Shown one piece after another: positions 1 through 10,107 of a stretch of DNA of 64,000 bases. Source of the DNA: Bdellovibrionales bacterium (GTDB taxonomy: Bacteria; Bdellovibrionota; Bdellovibrionia; Bdellovibrionales; UBA1609). Position 1 is the stretch's first letter. Every line of letters begins with the position of its first letter. The notes under the pieces were generated by a model. The model searched no databases. It had not been told where the DNA came from and saw only the letters and a list, made by a program, of their open reading frames with translations. A program made the translations under genes and the position numbers. The stretch spans positions 640,001 through 704,000 of the forward strand of contig CBDCMT010000001.1 in assembly GCA_965219095.1 (NCBI GenBank), read 5' to 3'.

Positions 1-92
1 TTTTAAAAATAAATGACTTTTTATCAAGGCCTTAGAATAAAAACTAGACCTCAACTCAAAAAAAAACGGAAAACCTAAGCGGAAGCACTATA
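1..92 (-). mobile_element. Left end of IS630-family element type B; transposase lies outside the window
   Basis: Near-identical to ~26986-27076; ends ...AAACCTAAGCGGAAGCACTA-TA. Confidence 0.85.
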
Positions 93-232
93 TGATCTGA
101 TAGTTACCCTTTTTGGGTTGATAAAAAACTGTCTGTCAGTTTGCGTTCTGTTCAATGTCCTTCTTTCATTATAGTCTACAAGCCACAAGTCAAGGTCATA
201 CTACAACTCTTCTATGCTTTTGTACACTTTTG
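93..232 (-). pseudogene. IS481-like transposase C-terminal remnant
   Basis: Minus-strand translation KVYKSIEEL*YDLDLWLVDYNERRT resembles IS481 integrase-core C-termini; an IS481-like end TGTCAGATC...ACTATCACA also lies at ~2248-2273. Confidence 0.45.
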
Positions 233-291
233 TTTCTAAACACCAACTTGGACTGCTCTGAAAATTTATAAGGTTTATTCAACAAAACCTA

Positions 292-1197
292 TTATTCTAT
301 ATAATACAGTTTTTTCTTTAGATTTTGATATTGCCTTTCATGCTTTTGAGGGTTGGTGGTTTTTAATTTCTTCAAGTTTTTAAGTTTCCATTGCACAGCT
401 GGGAAATGTTCAAAATTATAAATACTCCAATCTGGAGTGATGCTCTTTATGCTTAAAAGAAAAGTTTTATCCTGCTTAGTGAGCTTCCTATTGATCTCTT
501 TAATTAATTTTTCCCGAGTTTGTTCAAAATCATCATAAGAAAACTTTTCCTCACTCATCCCTCTGAAATGACTTTCTATAGTTTGACGCTGGTTTTGTAA
601 GTTTGGTGAGATCATTTCATGAATCGGACGATTACTACATAACAGATATAATAGAAAACCCTTTCGAATTTCATCAGAAAACCCTTCATTTTCAAGAAGA
701 TATTTCACGTCAAACAAATCTCTAGGATGTTGTCGATCTAGTGCTACACAGATTTTGCCTCCGTAAAGCTGACCTATTGGTACAATAGGCATGGATACAA
801 AAGAATCAAAATCAGATTGTGCTCTATCGCATAGAGACATTTTTATTGGAGCCGATAATGTGCCACGCCCGATAAGATTAACCTCCACTTTTACTTTGAT
901 ACGATTCAAAGAAATAAGAAGTTTTCCTGTAGTATTATGAGCAATGTGAGAACCTTTGATTGTTTTTTCTATTCGTCTTTTAATCTGTTCCAGCGCCTCA
1001 TTGATATGACTTAGAGTCCTCGTTCTATCTTCAATGAGCAAATAAGTAAGATCAATATCTACTGAGATTCTTGGCATATTGCGCACAAAAAGATTAATGG
1101 CTGTCCCTCCATGTAGAGCAAAGTTATTTTCCTTTGCAATATCTGGAAGAACATCGATCAGCAGTCGGACTTGAGTTTTATATTTCTGGTTCTTCAT
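292..1197 (-). CDS. abiEii: AbiEii/AbiGii-family nucleotidyltransferase toxin (type IV TA)
   Basis: Motifs FALHGGTAINLF, PRISVDIDL, GKICVALDRQHPRDLFD; probable start MKNQKY at 1197 overlapping the antitoxin stop. Confidence 0.9.
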   Translation of the reverse strand: MKNQKYKTQVRLLIDVLPDIAKENNFALHGGTAINLFVRNMPRISVDIDLTYLLIEDRTRTLSHINEALEQIKRRIEKTIKGSHIAHNTTGKLLISLNRIKVKVEVNLIGRGTLSAPIKMSLCDRAQSDFDSFVSMPIVPIGQLYGGKICVALDRQHPRDLFDVKYLLENEGFSDEIRKGFLLYLLCSNRPIHEMISPNLQNQRQTIESHFRGMSEEKFSYDDFEQTREKLIKEINRKLTKQDKTFLLSIKSITPDWSIYNFEHFPAVQWKLKNLKKLKTTNPQKHERQYQNLKKKLYYIE

Positions 1198-1960
1198 TTT
1201 TCTCAAACTCTTTAGGAACAGTGATTTTGTATTTACTGATATAAATACCGTTTTTGACAAGGCTTCTTTTTCCAGACCCTAAATCCACTTTTGTCAAATC
1301 AAGGTATTTCAAGCATTGATGATTAAACTTCTCAGTCAAGTATAAAAACAATCGCTTGACTTTTATAGATGAACAATTTTCTAACAATATTTGTATTGAT
1401 TTTGGATTCAGATTATTAAGTCCTTCCATCAATTCATAACATTCAAAAAGCTCCTGGTATTTTGGAATTAAAAAGAGACACTCCATGATAGCACGAGCCG
1501 GACTGGACACTTTGACTGAAAAACTCTTTTCCTCTAAATTCCTCAGCCCCATATTTACCGGAAAAAATGATGTTGTATAATAATCAACTCTTGACTTCCA
1601 ATTATAGTTTTTAAACCATTTAGGCAGTTTCTTTTGGTCTCTTCCAAAAAGAACAACCCGAGGAGTAGACATTTCTATATAATGACCTTGCCCCTGAAGC
1701 GATAAAGCCGTTCGTCCCCCCACATGCACAGATAAGCCCATTTGGTTTTGAAGGGCATATATTCCTCCGAGATAATCCACAGAATCACCTGAGCGTATCA
1801 TGGCCCCGACACCTATAGATTCAAACCAACCACTTTTCTTATATCTTTTCTGCAGATCTAAGCTATACCCTTGCTGAACAAGCCATGAGGATAGCATAAC
1901 CACCCCATGGGGAGTTGTGCTCAATAAGTGGTTTATTTTTGTCTTATTTTCGGTACCCAT
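1178..1960 (-). CDS. abiEi: AbiEi-family antitoxin (type IV TA)
   Basis: TKINHLL, HVGGRTALSLQG, SSPARAIMECL, SIKVKRLFLYL, DLGSGKR motifs; directly upstream of the toxin; start moved from 2089 to ATG 1960. Confidence 0.88.
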   Translation of the reverse strand: MGTENKTKINHLLSTTPHGVVMLSSWLVQQGYSLDLQKRYKKSGWFESIGVGAMIRSGDSVDYLGGIYALQNQMGLSVHVGGRTALSLQGQGHYIEMSTPRVVLFGRDQKKLPKWFKNYNWKSRVDYYTTSFFPVNMGLRNLEEKSFSVKVSSPARAIMECLFLIPKYQELFECYELMEGLNNLNPKSIQILLENCSSIKVKRLFLYLTEKFNHQCLKYLDLTKVDLGSGKRSLVKNGIYISKYKITVPKEFEKNEEPEI

Positions 1961-2029
1961 AGTACTAAAATAGCATAAAATATGAACCCTTGCAAGCTGG
2001 TGGTTTATTTTAAATCTTACAGAGGTACT
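1960..2029. promoter_or_regulatory. Possible AbiEi operator (imperfect inverted repeat)
   Basis: AGTAC..TAAAATATGAACC versus GGTTTATTTTA..GTACT just upstream of abiEi; AbiEi proteins autorepress at promoter inverted repeats. Confidence 0.35.
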
Positions 2030-2304
2030 ATAAGTGCCTTTAGACAAGAAAATATAAACTCCTAACTTCGATACAACACATAGCAACAAATCAATAATTA
2101 CAATAGGTTAAAAGATTCTGGGGTCATAGAATCAGGATCATTTATTGATGGATGAAGTTTTGTGAAAGAAGCCTCATAAGCAGAGTTTCTTTGAAGGTGA
2201 AAGGATCTGTAGATGACCTCTTTTCATCTCTTTGACATTTCGAGACGTGTCAGATCTAAGTTGCAACTATCACATTTTAGAACACCTTATTTCTTCCTAT
2301 TCTT

Positions 2305-2865
2305 TTATTTTTGAAGAAAAATCGATGTAGAATCAATAAATGATATGCCGGTGGTTTTACTCATAAGGCTTGTCGAGAAAAGAAACATCAAAAAAGCCAT
2401 GTCTTTTTTGATGTTCACAAATCGGGAGTAAGACAACATTTTAGGAAAATAAGATTTAAGATAGACTTTTGCAAACTGGTAAAAGGCTTTAAAATTCCTA
2501 AAGCCAGAACTTTGGAAAAGTAAGATAAAGAGTGACAATTTCGCTGGGAGACATAGCACAAGAAAAACCTCCTTTATTTTTGGGAACCAGTTCTGGATGC
2601 TGCTGTATGAGAGGGGTTAAAAAATCATCGACAAGAACATAAATTGATATGATAGAATTAGAATTAGAATTAAACATTTTAGACCTCCTTGTATGTTTTT
2701 TTATAACTCTCAAGGTGTTTTTTCTTGTAAGTTGCTTTTTCAAGAAAATCTTACAAAAGTCTGAGGTATTTGTTTATATGGCTCCTCCCGGGAACCCAAA
2801 GATTCTTTTGAGGAGGCGTTTATATTAGCTAGCCTTTGGCTCTGAAAAAAAGTCGAAACTCGGGT
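2305..2865 (-). pseudogene. IS982-family remnant: frameshifted, truncated transposase plus one terminal IR
   Basis: Joined frames give IYVLVDDF..MSPSEIVTL/ILLFQSSGFRNFKAFY..SYSRFV..ISFIDSTSI; terminus ACCCGAGTTTCGAC reads inward from 2865. Confidence 0.75.
2780..2817 (+). mobile_element. 38-bp ISL3-derived mini element
   Basis: GGCTCCTCCCGGGAA fused to CCCAAAGATTCTTTTGAGGAGGC (the two ISL3 ends); 8-bp direct repeat GTTTATAT on both sides. Confidence 0.9.
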
Positions 2866-2868
2866 TAA

Positions 2869-4273
2869 TACCATTTCCAAAAATTAATTCGACATTCTTT
2901 TAACGCATAGCGTCCTGGCTTTTTGATCAAACTCTGTTAAATTTTTAGAGTGTCGAAAAAAGATTTAGTTACACAAATTCAAGGGTATGATTTTCTAGCT
3001 ACTTACAAAGTAGAAAGAAGTGCCAACATCAAGATAAAACTCCAAGCTTTGCAGCATATGCAAGAAGGAAAATCGATTCAAGAAACAGCAAGTATAGTTT
3101 TCTATCACCGTCACAGTATCAAATCCTGGTTACAGTCTTTTGTAGACTTTGATTACGAGGGGTTGATAGATCGAGAAGGCAGAGGGCGCAAGCCTCGTTT
3201 ACCAGTGACAGAAGAAGAGAACTTCAAAATCAAGTTAGATGAAATTCAAGACAAGAGAGAAGGAGGAAGCATAGGAGCAAAGGGAATACAGGAACTTTTA
3301 GCAAATGAATTTGACTGTTGCTATTCTCTTTCTGGGGTTTATGCTCTTTTAGACCGTCTTAATATTGTATGGATCAGTGGTCGTTCTCTTCATCCTAAAA
3401 GTTCACAAGAAGCTATGGAACAGTTTAAGGAACATTTTCCAGAAGAGGTGGAGAAAATAAAGGAAAAGATTCAGACTCATAAAATAGAGATTTGGTGGCA
3501 GGATGAATGCAGAATAGGCCAGCAAGGTTCTTTGAGTAGGATTTGGGCAAGAAAAGGCACACGGCCTAGAGTTGTGAGGCAAAGACAATTTTTATCCACT
3601 TATATTTTTGGAGCAGTTTGTCCGGATAGAGATAAAGGCTGTGCTTGGGTTTTACCGGAATGTAATTCAGGGATGATGCAAATTCACTTAGATGAGATAT
3701 CTAAAAATATTCAAGAAAACTATCATGGAATTGTTTTAATGGACAGAGCCAGTTGGCATACCACAGAGACTTTGATAGTTCCTAAGAATTTATCCCTGAT
3801 GCCTTTACCTCCTTATAGTCCAGAATTAAATCCCATGGAACAAGTCTGGCAACAATTACGAAGGATCAAATTATCGAATGCATGTTTTAAAAACTATGAC
3901 CATATACTGAATACTTGTTGTGAGGCCTGGAATACTTTTTGCGATCAGGAGGGCAGGATTAAAAAATTATGCACTCGATCTTGGGCAAAACAACAAGATG
4001 AATCAAGCTTGTAAATTAATTTGAACCTATAAATTAAATTGCGTAACTGATTTTTTTCATTTTACATCTTAACCTCACTTTTTTACACTTATTTTAACCC
4101 ATCAATCGATTCACACAACAATAGATATACATAAAATAAACATATCTTATGAAAACTCAACCTCCCTTCAAAAAAAACTTTTTTAAAGCCTCCTAATTGA
4201 AACTTTTCCTTAAGTCAATTTTAAAATTTTAAATTTGAACATAAAAATGTCGAATTAATTTCTGTAATTGGTA
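2869..4273 (+). mobile_element. IS630-family element type A, full length
   Basis: IRs TACCATTTCCAAAAATTAATTCGACATT / AATGTCGAATTAATTTCTGTAATTGGTA; TA at the right junction with an IS630-B fragment. Confidence 0.9.
2950..4014 (+). CDS. IS630-family transposase, intact
   Basis: WWQDECRIG, LMDRASWH, LPPYSPELNPMEQVW DDE motifs; N-terminal HTH. Confidence 0.95.
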   Translation: MSKKDLVTQIQGYDFLATYKVERSANIKIKLQALQHMQEGKSIQETASIVFYHRHSIKSWLQSFVDFDYEGLIDREGRGRKPRLPVTEEENFKIKLDEIQDKREGGSIGAKGIQELLANEFDCCYSLSGVYALLDRLNIVWISGRSLHPKSSQEAMEQFKEHFPEEVEKIKEKIQTHKIEIWWQDECRIGQQGSLSRIWARKGTRPRVVRQRQFLSTYIFGAVCPDRDKGCAWVLPECNSGMMQIHLDEISKNIQENYHGIVLMDRASWHTTETLIVPKNLSLMPLPPYSPELNPMEQVWQQLRRIKLSNACFKNYDHILNTCCEAWNTFCDQEGRIKKLCTRSWAKQQDESSL

Positions 4274-6595
4274 TAAAAGGTCCTTTTTAACTAAGAAAGA
4301 GGAGAAAATGCTTTTAAAGGAATTAGAGAAAAGAATTTTTCCATCATCACAGACCGTTATTCAGTTCATTGAGGAGAATTTTGGTGTTACGTACTCAACA
4401 AGTGGTGTAATTGATCTTCTCCATCGCCTTGGTTTTTCTTATAAAAAAGCCACAGCGATACCGGGTAAGGTAAAGAAAGAAGAGCAGGAAAAGTTTGTGC
4501 GTAAATACAAGAGAATTAAGAAGAAAGACGGTCCTGTTTACTTTGCTGATTCCACACATCCTAAGTGGGGCCCTACGATTTCATATGGTTGGATAAGAGA
4601 GGGTAAGAAGTTTGAAGTGAAGACCAATTCAGGCTGGAGAAAAAGAGTGAATGTTTGTGGAGCTATTGAGATCAATAGTTTGAAGAAGGTAGTCAGGAGT
4701 TATAAGACAGTTAACCATGTTTCCATATGTGATATGCTCTATCATATTCATTAAGAAGTATTCCGATGAAAAAGAGATTCATCTTATCTTAGATGGGGCC
4801 GGATACAATAGATCGAAGTCTGTCAAGAAGTTAGCGAAAGAGTTGAATATAAAACTTGTTTATCTTCCTCCGTACTCACCGAATTTAAATCCTATAGAAA
4901 GGCTTTGGAAGTTTATGAAAAAGCCTCCTCAAAAGAATCTGTGGGTTCCCGGAGGTTCTGGCAGTTTTCCAAGGTTATGATATAAGGCGATTTTTATAGC
5001 TTTAGAGGTTCTAAAGCCGTAAGATTTTCTCATAGTGAGTTTTACTTTGTTGTTTAAACCCTCTACAATCCCTGAGGAGAAGGCTTTTTTAGCCTTGAAG
5101 TAATTAAGAATAAGTAGCTTATGTCTTCGTATGGTTTTTGCTTCTCTTTTCATAGGTTCAATTTTTGAAAGCATGACTCGTCTCGTCCAACTGTCTATAA
5201 ATTTACCAGCCCAAGTTGGTGAAACATAGGTCCATAACTGTCGGAAGTCTTCTTTTAAAAAATAACAGCGGATACTTTTTAAATTGTACTGTATTAAATG
5301 CCTTAATTTTACTTTTTCATAAGATTTTAAATTTTCTGCATTTTTTAACAAGGGCCATCTAGCTTTTGTTAAAAGGGGTTCATACCCGTCTTCTTTCATT
5401 TTTTTGTGTTCTGAAGCTCTCACTTCGTCTAAAGCCTTATTGAGTCTTGCTACGATATGAAACCGATCTAATATATTCAAAGCTTGACTTGCCCTTTCCT
5501 TTATTACTTTTAAATAGGGCTTCCACATATCAGAACACACAAACTGTATATCTTTTGACTTCTCTCCTAGTAAATCAAAGAATTTTCTAAAACTCTTTTC
5601 TGTTCTTTTTTCTCCTATCCATAGCAAACGAACACTTTCTTTGCTTATTTCATAGACTAAGGTGAGATACTTATGGTTCTTTTTCTATTGTATCTCGTCG
5701 ACTCCTATAGCATATATCCCCTCTAAAACCCTCTGTTTTAAACCATACTCTACAACCCACTCCACTGAAGCATAGACCTGATTCCAACTGACCTGAAACT
5801 TACAAGAAACCTCTTTCCAAGACAGGTGACGACACCAGTCAGCTAAGTACTTCATGTAAAAAATTGTTAGGTTTTTCTTCCCATCTGCCCAAGGTAAATA
5901 CTCAACTTTTACTCCACAGCAAGGACAATTAACTCTTCTTACAAAATAAACAAAAAATACCTTGTAACTTAAAATAGGAAGGGATTCAAAGTCCCGTGAT
6001 GATTTACTTCTGTCATACACTGAACAGGGCTTCTTACAAACACTACAAAAAGCTTGGCCATTTTTACGAGCCTTAATAGGAACATTAATTGACTTTCTAT
6101 CTTTTGAAAAATAAATGTCTCCGTATACAAAAGACTTCCATCTTAAACAATCATTTAGTATAGTCTTCAAAAGCATCTCTTCCCTCCTTTTTTTTTTTTT
6201 GAATAACATTTTAAGGCATCTGGGAAGTAGGTGCTTCTTTTTTAAAATTTTAATGTAACACAGCAAATAAAAGCAAATAAAATGAATGTTTTTGAGTTCA
6301 ATCACCGGAGGTGATAGAGGCCAGTAAGGGCCTCAAAGAACTCAAAAATACAAGATAGAATGTCTTACTCTTACTTTGATTAATATGAGCCTTTTTGGGG
6401 GATTTCTACTACTTTTCACCCACAGATTCCCGGGAGGAGCCATGAAAAAAGAGGTCACGGCGAATCGATATTATGAAAACTATGACGATTTCAAGGGAAG
6501 TTTAAGTCAATTTTTTAGAGGAATACGAAACCACAGGCCTAAATTAGAAACTTTGATAACTGATAACTTCTCCATCTTAGGAACCTGAAAACCTC
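4274..6595 (+). mobile_element. 5'-truncated IS630-B, interrupted by ISL3
   Basis: 4274-4922 and 6442-6595 match the 25935-27076 element; YFADSTHP, ILDGAGYN, LPPYSPNLNPIERLW. Confidence 0.85.
4923..6441 (-). mobile_element. ISL3-family element; transposase (4929-6176) carries a premature stop
   Basis: Ends GCCTCCTCAAAAGAATCTGTGGG / CCCACAGATTCCCGGGAGGAGCC; 8-bp TSD ATGAAAAA; TGG->TAG at ~5685 relative to other copies; GVDE, CSDMW, DRFH, EGLNNKVK. Confidence 0.93.
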
Positions 6596-6748
6596 TTAGA
6601 ATGCTATACCTGATAACCCCTTCTTAAGGATTTTAAAACTCCCCATAAAGGAATTTTCTTCTATTTTTACTTGATTTTTGGTTATTTTATTTATATAATT
6701 AAAATAAGTTTATTTATTAGGACCTGGAGGAAAAAAATAGTGTGTACA

Positions 6749-7645
6749 ATGATAAAACAGATGTCTAAGTTTATTTTTATATTACTTTCAACATTAGGGA
6801 TTCTTTTCTCAAAGGCCTATACTAATCATTGCTATAACCTTTTTAAAGGAGAAAAAATTCAAAAACTACAAAAAATAGATAGCACAAAAGATTCTTTTCA
6901 AACATTAGGTGAACAGAAGCTCCTTGAAACTTATCGATACAAGGGTGATATTAATTTAAGTGATGGAAATTACAAGAAAGCCATAGAATATTATGACAAA
7001 CTCATAGAATTAGACCCTAAAAACAAACTCACCTATTTGTATTATTTACATAGGGGCATTGCTAAATCAGAACTAGGGGAACAAGAAGAGGCACTCGTAG
7101 ATATCAATAAAGCAATAGACCTCAACCCTCAATATGCTCAGTCTTACCAAACTAAAGGTATTGTAAAAGAAATTTTAAAACTAAATGATGAAGCCATAGA
7201 TTCCTACATTAAAGCTATAGAATTAAGCCCCAATTTTTTTGAAGCACATCGCAACTTAGCTGTTTTATACTCTGAATCAGGAGAGTATCAAAAATCCATA
7301 AATCATTTTCAGGCTATACAGAATTATCCAGAAGACCCATATATTTATTATAATAAAGGAGTTACACTGTTTAATATTGGTCTTTACGAAGAGGCATTGA
7401 TCAATGTTAATAAAGCTATTAGGTTAAAACCTGATTTTAAAGAAGCACTTTCCCTGAAAGAGGATTTTAGTGACGATGTTATAAAAAAAGTCAAAGAAAT
7501 AGAAGTTGATAATTTAAAAGTAATACAAAACCAAATAGAAACAAGTAATAAAAAAAATTTTTTTAGAAAAAGAGAGAGGTATAAGAATTATAGGAAAAAA
7601 AAGTTAAACTCAAAGTCAGGAAAAAAAAGAGGGAATTTTTATTGA
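6749..7645 (+). CDS. TPR-repeat protein with probable signal peptide
   Basis: About five TPR units (e.g. YKKAIEYYDKLIELDPK, EEALVDINKAIDLNPQY); hydrophobic N-terminus; start uncertain (6671/6749/6761). Confidence 0.85.
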   Translation: MIKQMSKFIFILLSTLGILFSKAYTNHCYNLFKGEKIQKLQKIDSTKDSFQTLGEQKLLETYRYKGDINLSDGNYKKAIEYYDKLIELDPKNKLTYLYYLHRGIAKSELGEQEEALVDINKAIDLNPQYAQSYQTKGIVKEILKLNDEAIDSYIKAIELSPNFFEAHRNLAVLYSESGEYQKSINHFQAIQNYPEDPYIYYNKGVTLFNIGLYEEALINVNKAIRLKPDFKEALSLKEDFSDDVIKKVKEIEVDNLKVIQNQIETSNKKNFFRKRERYKNYRKKKLNSKSGKKRGNFY

Positions 7646-7648
7646 TCC

Positions 7649-8078
7649 TATAGTGAATACGCTTAGATTTTCCGGTCGATTCTCTAGAGAAAAATCTTAA
7701 ATACGCAAAAAGGATTATGACAATTCTCCATTTAGATAAAGGTGAGTTGTGTAAAGATATTTTCCGTTTTCTTTTCATTGATGAGGGCACGATAAGAGCC
7801 TATAGAGATCCTTATAACAAAGGTGGGATAGAGTGTTTAATCAACGACAATTACAACCCTAAAAGGTCCTTTTTAACTAAGAAAGAGGAGAAAATGCTTT
7901 TAAAGGAATTAGAGAAAAGAATTTTTCCATCATCACAGTCTGTCATCCAATTCATTGAGGAGAATTTTGGTGTTACGTACTTTAACAAGTGGTGTAATTG
8001 ATCTTCTCCATCGCCTTATATCATAACCTTGGAAAACTGCCAGAACCTCCGGGAACCCACAGATTCTTTTGAGGAGGC
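7649..8078 (+). mobile_element. Chimeric remnant: IS630-B-type end and transposase fragment fused to an ISL3 right end
   Basis: 7649-8017 matches IS630-B sequence; 8010-8078 matches the ISL3 3' end; shared 8-mer ATCGCCTT at the junction. Confidence 0.85.
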
Positions 8079-8163
8079 GTATATTTTTTCTATTGCTGGA
8101 ACTGTTTCACCATCCAAATAATTTTGAAACGCTCTGTGTGTGTGGGTTTTGAAGTACAATTAG

Positions 8164-9695
8164 GTAACTGCTCACTTTCGTAAGTTTTTATTTAAAGCCA
8201 TAGAGATGGCTTCTAAAGAAGAATACCCTCTATTTCTCATTGTTTTAACATAGCTGGTAATACGACAAAAATATTTCGCCATTTCTTCTGTTCTGAAACA
8301 CCCTGACAATTTCTTTTTCACTTTAGTCATTCTTAGATCTCTTTCAGCTCTGTTATTAGTAGGATCTACGTTCTTTCTTTTAGAAAAACACAGTATTTCT
8401 GCTTCATACTTTTTAAATCGCAGCCAAAGGTTTTGAGCTTGTGTATGCTTTATTCGTCCTTTCTTGCCATTTTTCTTAGGAAATTCTGGAAGCTCTTTTA
8501 AGCCTTTTGTAAGAATACTCCTATACCTTCTCTGAAGAGTTTCGTACTCTTTTTGAGTCAGAACTCTTGACTCTTTTTTATGAACTAACTCCACAGTCTC
8601 TTTAAGAAGTTTTTTGAGATTTATAGCCCATTTGAATCCATTGCTTTCTTCTATAAATTTAAGCTCTCTCAAAAGGTGAGCCACACACAAAGCATGAGTT
8701 ATCTTATCATAACAAAAGTAAGGACTCCAACAATCATGCACAAGCACTCCTCCATATCTATCCAAGAGACCAATATCTTTTATGGCTTCCCTTCCACGTG
8801 AAAGGTGGAGAAACTGCAAGACTAATTCTCCTGAACTATAAGTATGAATCCAGTAGTTTTTACCCTTAACCCTCATAGAGGTCTCATCAACATGAATGAC
8901 CTCTGATTCAAGTATCTTTTCTTTCATCTGCTCTTCCCAACTTTTAAGAAACTCTCCTAATTCAGCAATGTATCTCAACATAACTGCAGGAGAAATCATT
9001 CGACCTATAAGCCCCATGTAATGTTCCCCAACACGTTGAAAAGACAGCATCTGAACTATAATGAAATTGATGATGGAAGCTCTAATGCCTATACCATACT
9101 GAAGAGGACCACTCATACCTTTAGGGAATTGACCTTTATTTCTAGCTCCACATGAGGGACAATCCTTAACCTCAGAAGTTACAGTATGGGTCTGAATTTC
9201 ATAAAAAATATCAATCTTTTTACGCTTCTCAAGGCTTTTTACCTCTGCTGTCTTTAAAAACATCCCACACTGAGAACACTCTGAGGGAGAGACAGTCTCC
9301 TCGCTGTTTGTATCTTTACTGTTATCAAGTCTAGAGCCCTTTTTCTGACTCCCACTAGCTTTCTTATTACGATTCCCTTGACGACTAAAATCTTGCGAAG
9401 GAGGAAGACCGCTGTTGCTGGAATTTTTTCGAACCTGTTTTTCTAAAAGCACAACAATCAGAATGTTCACAACCTTAAAGAGAGATTCAACAATCACAGA
9501 AATCTCAGTAGGCATAGAACCTTTCTTTGCAAGCTTATCAAAGTCACTTCTTATATTTTCAATCTCATTTCTGATGGAGGTCTTATTTATTGTCATTTGA
9601 AAAAAGTATTTAAAAGAAAATCTGTAAGAGCAAGACTTTTATCTTAAAACAGGTCTAAAGTTAGGGATAACTGAACAATGTAGGTGAGCAGTTAC
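8164..9695 (-). mobile_element. IS66-family element type A (single-ORF, ISBst12-like), complete
   Basis: IR GTAACTGCTCAC at both ends; 8-bp TSD ACAATTAG. Confidence 0.95.
8172..9596 (-). CDS. IS66-family transposase, intact
   Basis: KNSSNSGLPPS, CxxC..CPSCG, IHVDET, LVHD, HALCVAHLLREL, PTNNRAERDLR. Confidence 0.95.
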   Translation of the reverse strand: MTINKTSIRNEIENIRSDFDKLAKKGSMPTEISVIVESLFKVVNILIVVLLEKQVRKNSSNSGLPPSQDFSRQGNRNKKASGSQKKGSRLDNSKDTNSEETVSPSECSQCGMFLKTAEVKSLEKRKKIDIFYEIQTHTVTSEVKDCPSCGARNKGQFPKGMSGPLQYGIGIRASIINFIIVQMLSFQRVGEHYMGLIGRMISPAVMLRYIAELGEFLKSWEEQMKEKILESEVIHVDETSMRVKGKNYWIHTYSSGELVLQFLHLSRGREAIKDIGLLDRYGGVLVHDCWSPYFCYDKITHALCVAHLLRELKFIEESNGFKWAINLKKLLKETVELVHKKESRVLTQKEYETLQRRYRSILTKGLKELPEFPKKNGKKGRIKHTQAQNLWLRFKKYEAEILCFSKRKNVDPTNNRAERDLRMTKVKKKLSGCFRTEEMAKYFCRITSYVKTMRNRGYSSLEAISMALNKNLRK

Positions 9696-9946
9696 ACAAT
9701 TAGTATATTAAAGATTCGAAGTTCGCTAAACTTCTTATTAAAGAAGTTTCCGAAAAAGGATATGTAGGTGTTCTTAGTATGATTGAAAGCAATGTTTTAA
9801 GTAAAGAATACTATAAGGCTCATCCTTTCTTTCAAAAGCTGTTTGATGGAAAAAAGCCTACAATAAAACGAATTTAAGAAGCTATAAAAACTGGCCGTTT
9901 GGATAAAAACACAAAAAGAAGCAAGAAATCTCTAAAACTATAAAAG

Positions 9947-10019
9947 ATTCTAAAAGAGAAAATATGAATGACCATCCTTTTTGAAGGGCTGGTCATTCAT
10001 ATTTTCTCTTTCATAGAAT
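9947..10019. repeat. Long hairpin (terminator-like or fold-back remnant)
   Basis: 22-bp perfect arms AAAGAGAAAATATGAATGACCA / TGGTCATTCATATTTTCTCTTT plus outer and inner imperfect pairing. Confidence 0.75.
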
Positions 10020-10107
10020 ATCCCTTTTCTTATGGGAAATGGGTTAGGACATTTTTTTAAAAGAAAAACATGACAAATCAAAAAAAGGCGGTTAAGATGG
10101 TTTTTTT

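Noticed and set aside
1178..2089. Long N-terminal extensions of the abiE ORFs in the ORF track
   Set aside because: Family-like sequence starts at ATG 1960 and ATG 1197; the extensions cross the promoter or the partner gene.
2950..4273. RNA-guided nuclease (TnpB/IscB) or guide RNA in the IS630-A 3' region
   Set aside because: No RuvC-type ORF in any element here; the ~260-bp tail is AT-rich with no convincing structure by eye.
6188..6200. Variable poly-T tract (13 vs 15 nt) before the ISL3 RBS as a phase-variation switch
   Set aside because: Non-coding, and the length differences cannot be separated from homopolymer sequencing error.
6287..6352. Hammerhead ribozyme reading of the three-way junction
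   Set aside because: Core CUGANGA and GAAA motifs are absent on both strands.
9415..9600. Recurrent small antisense ORFs (also 15198, 42558, 32090, 39892, 14527, 43310)
   Set aside because: Shadows of transposase genes; recurrence reflects IS copy identity.
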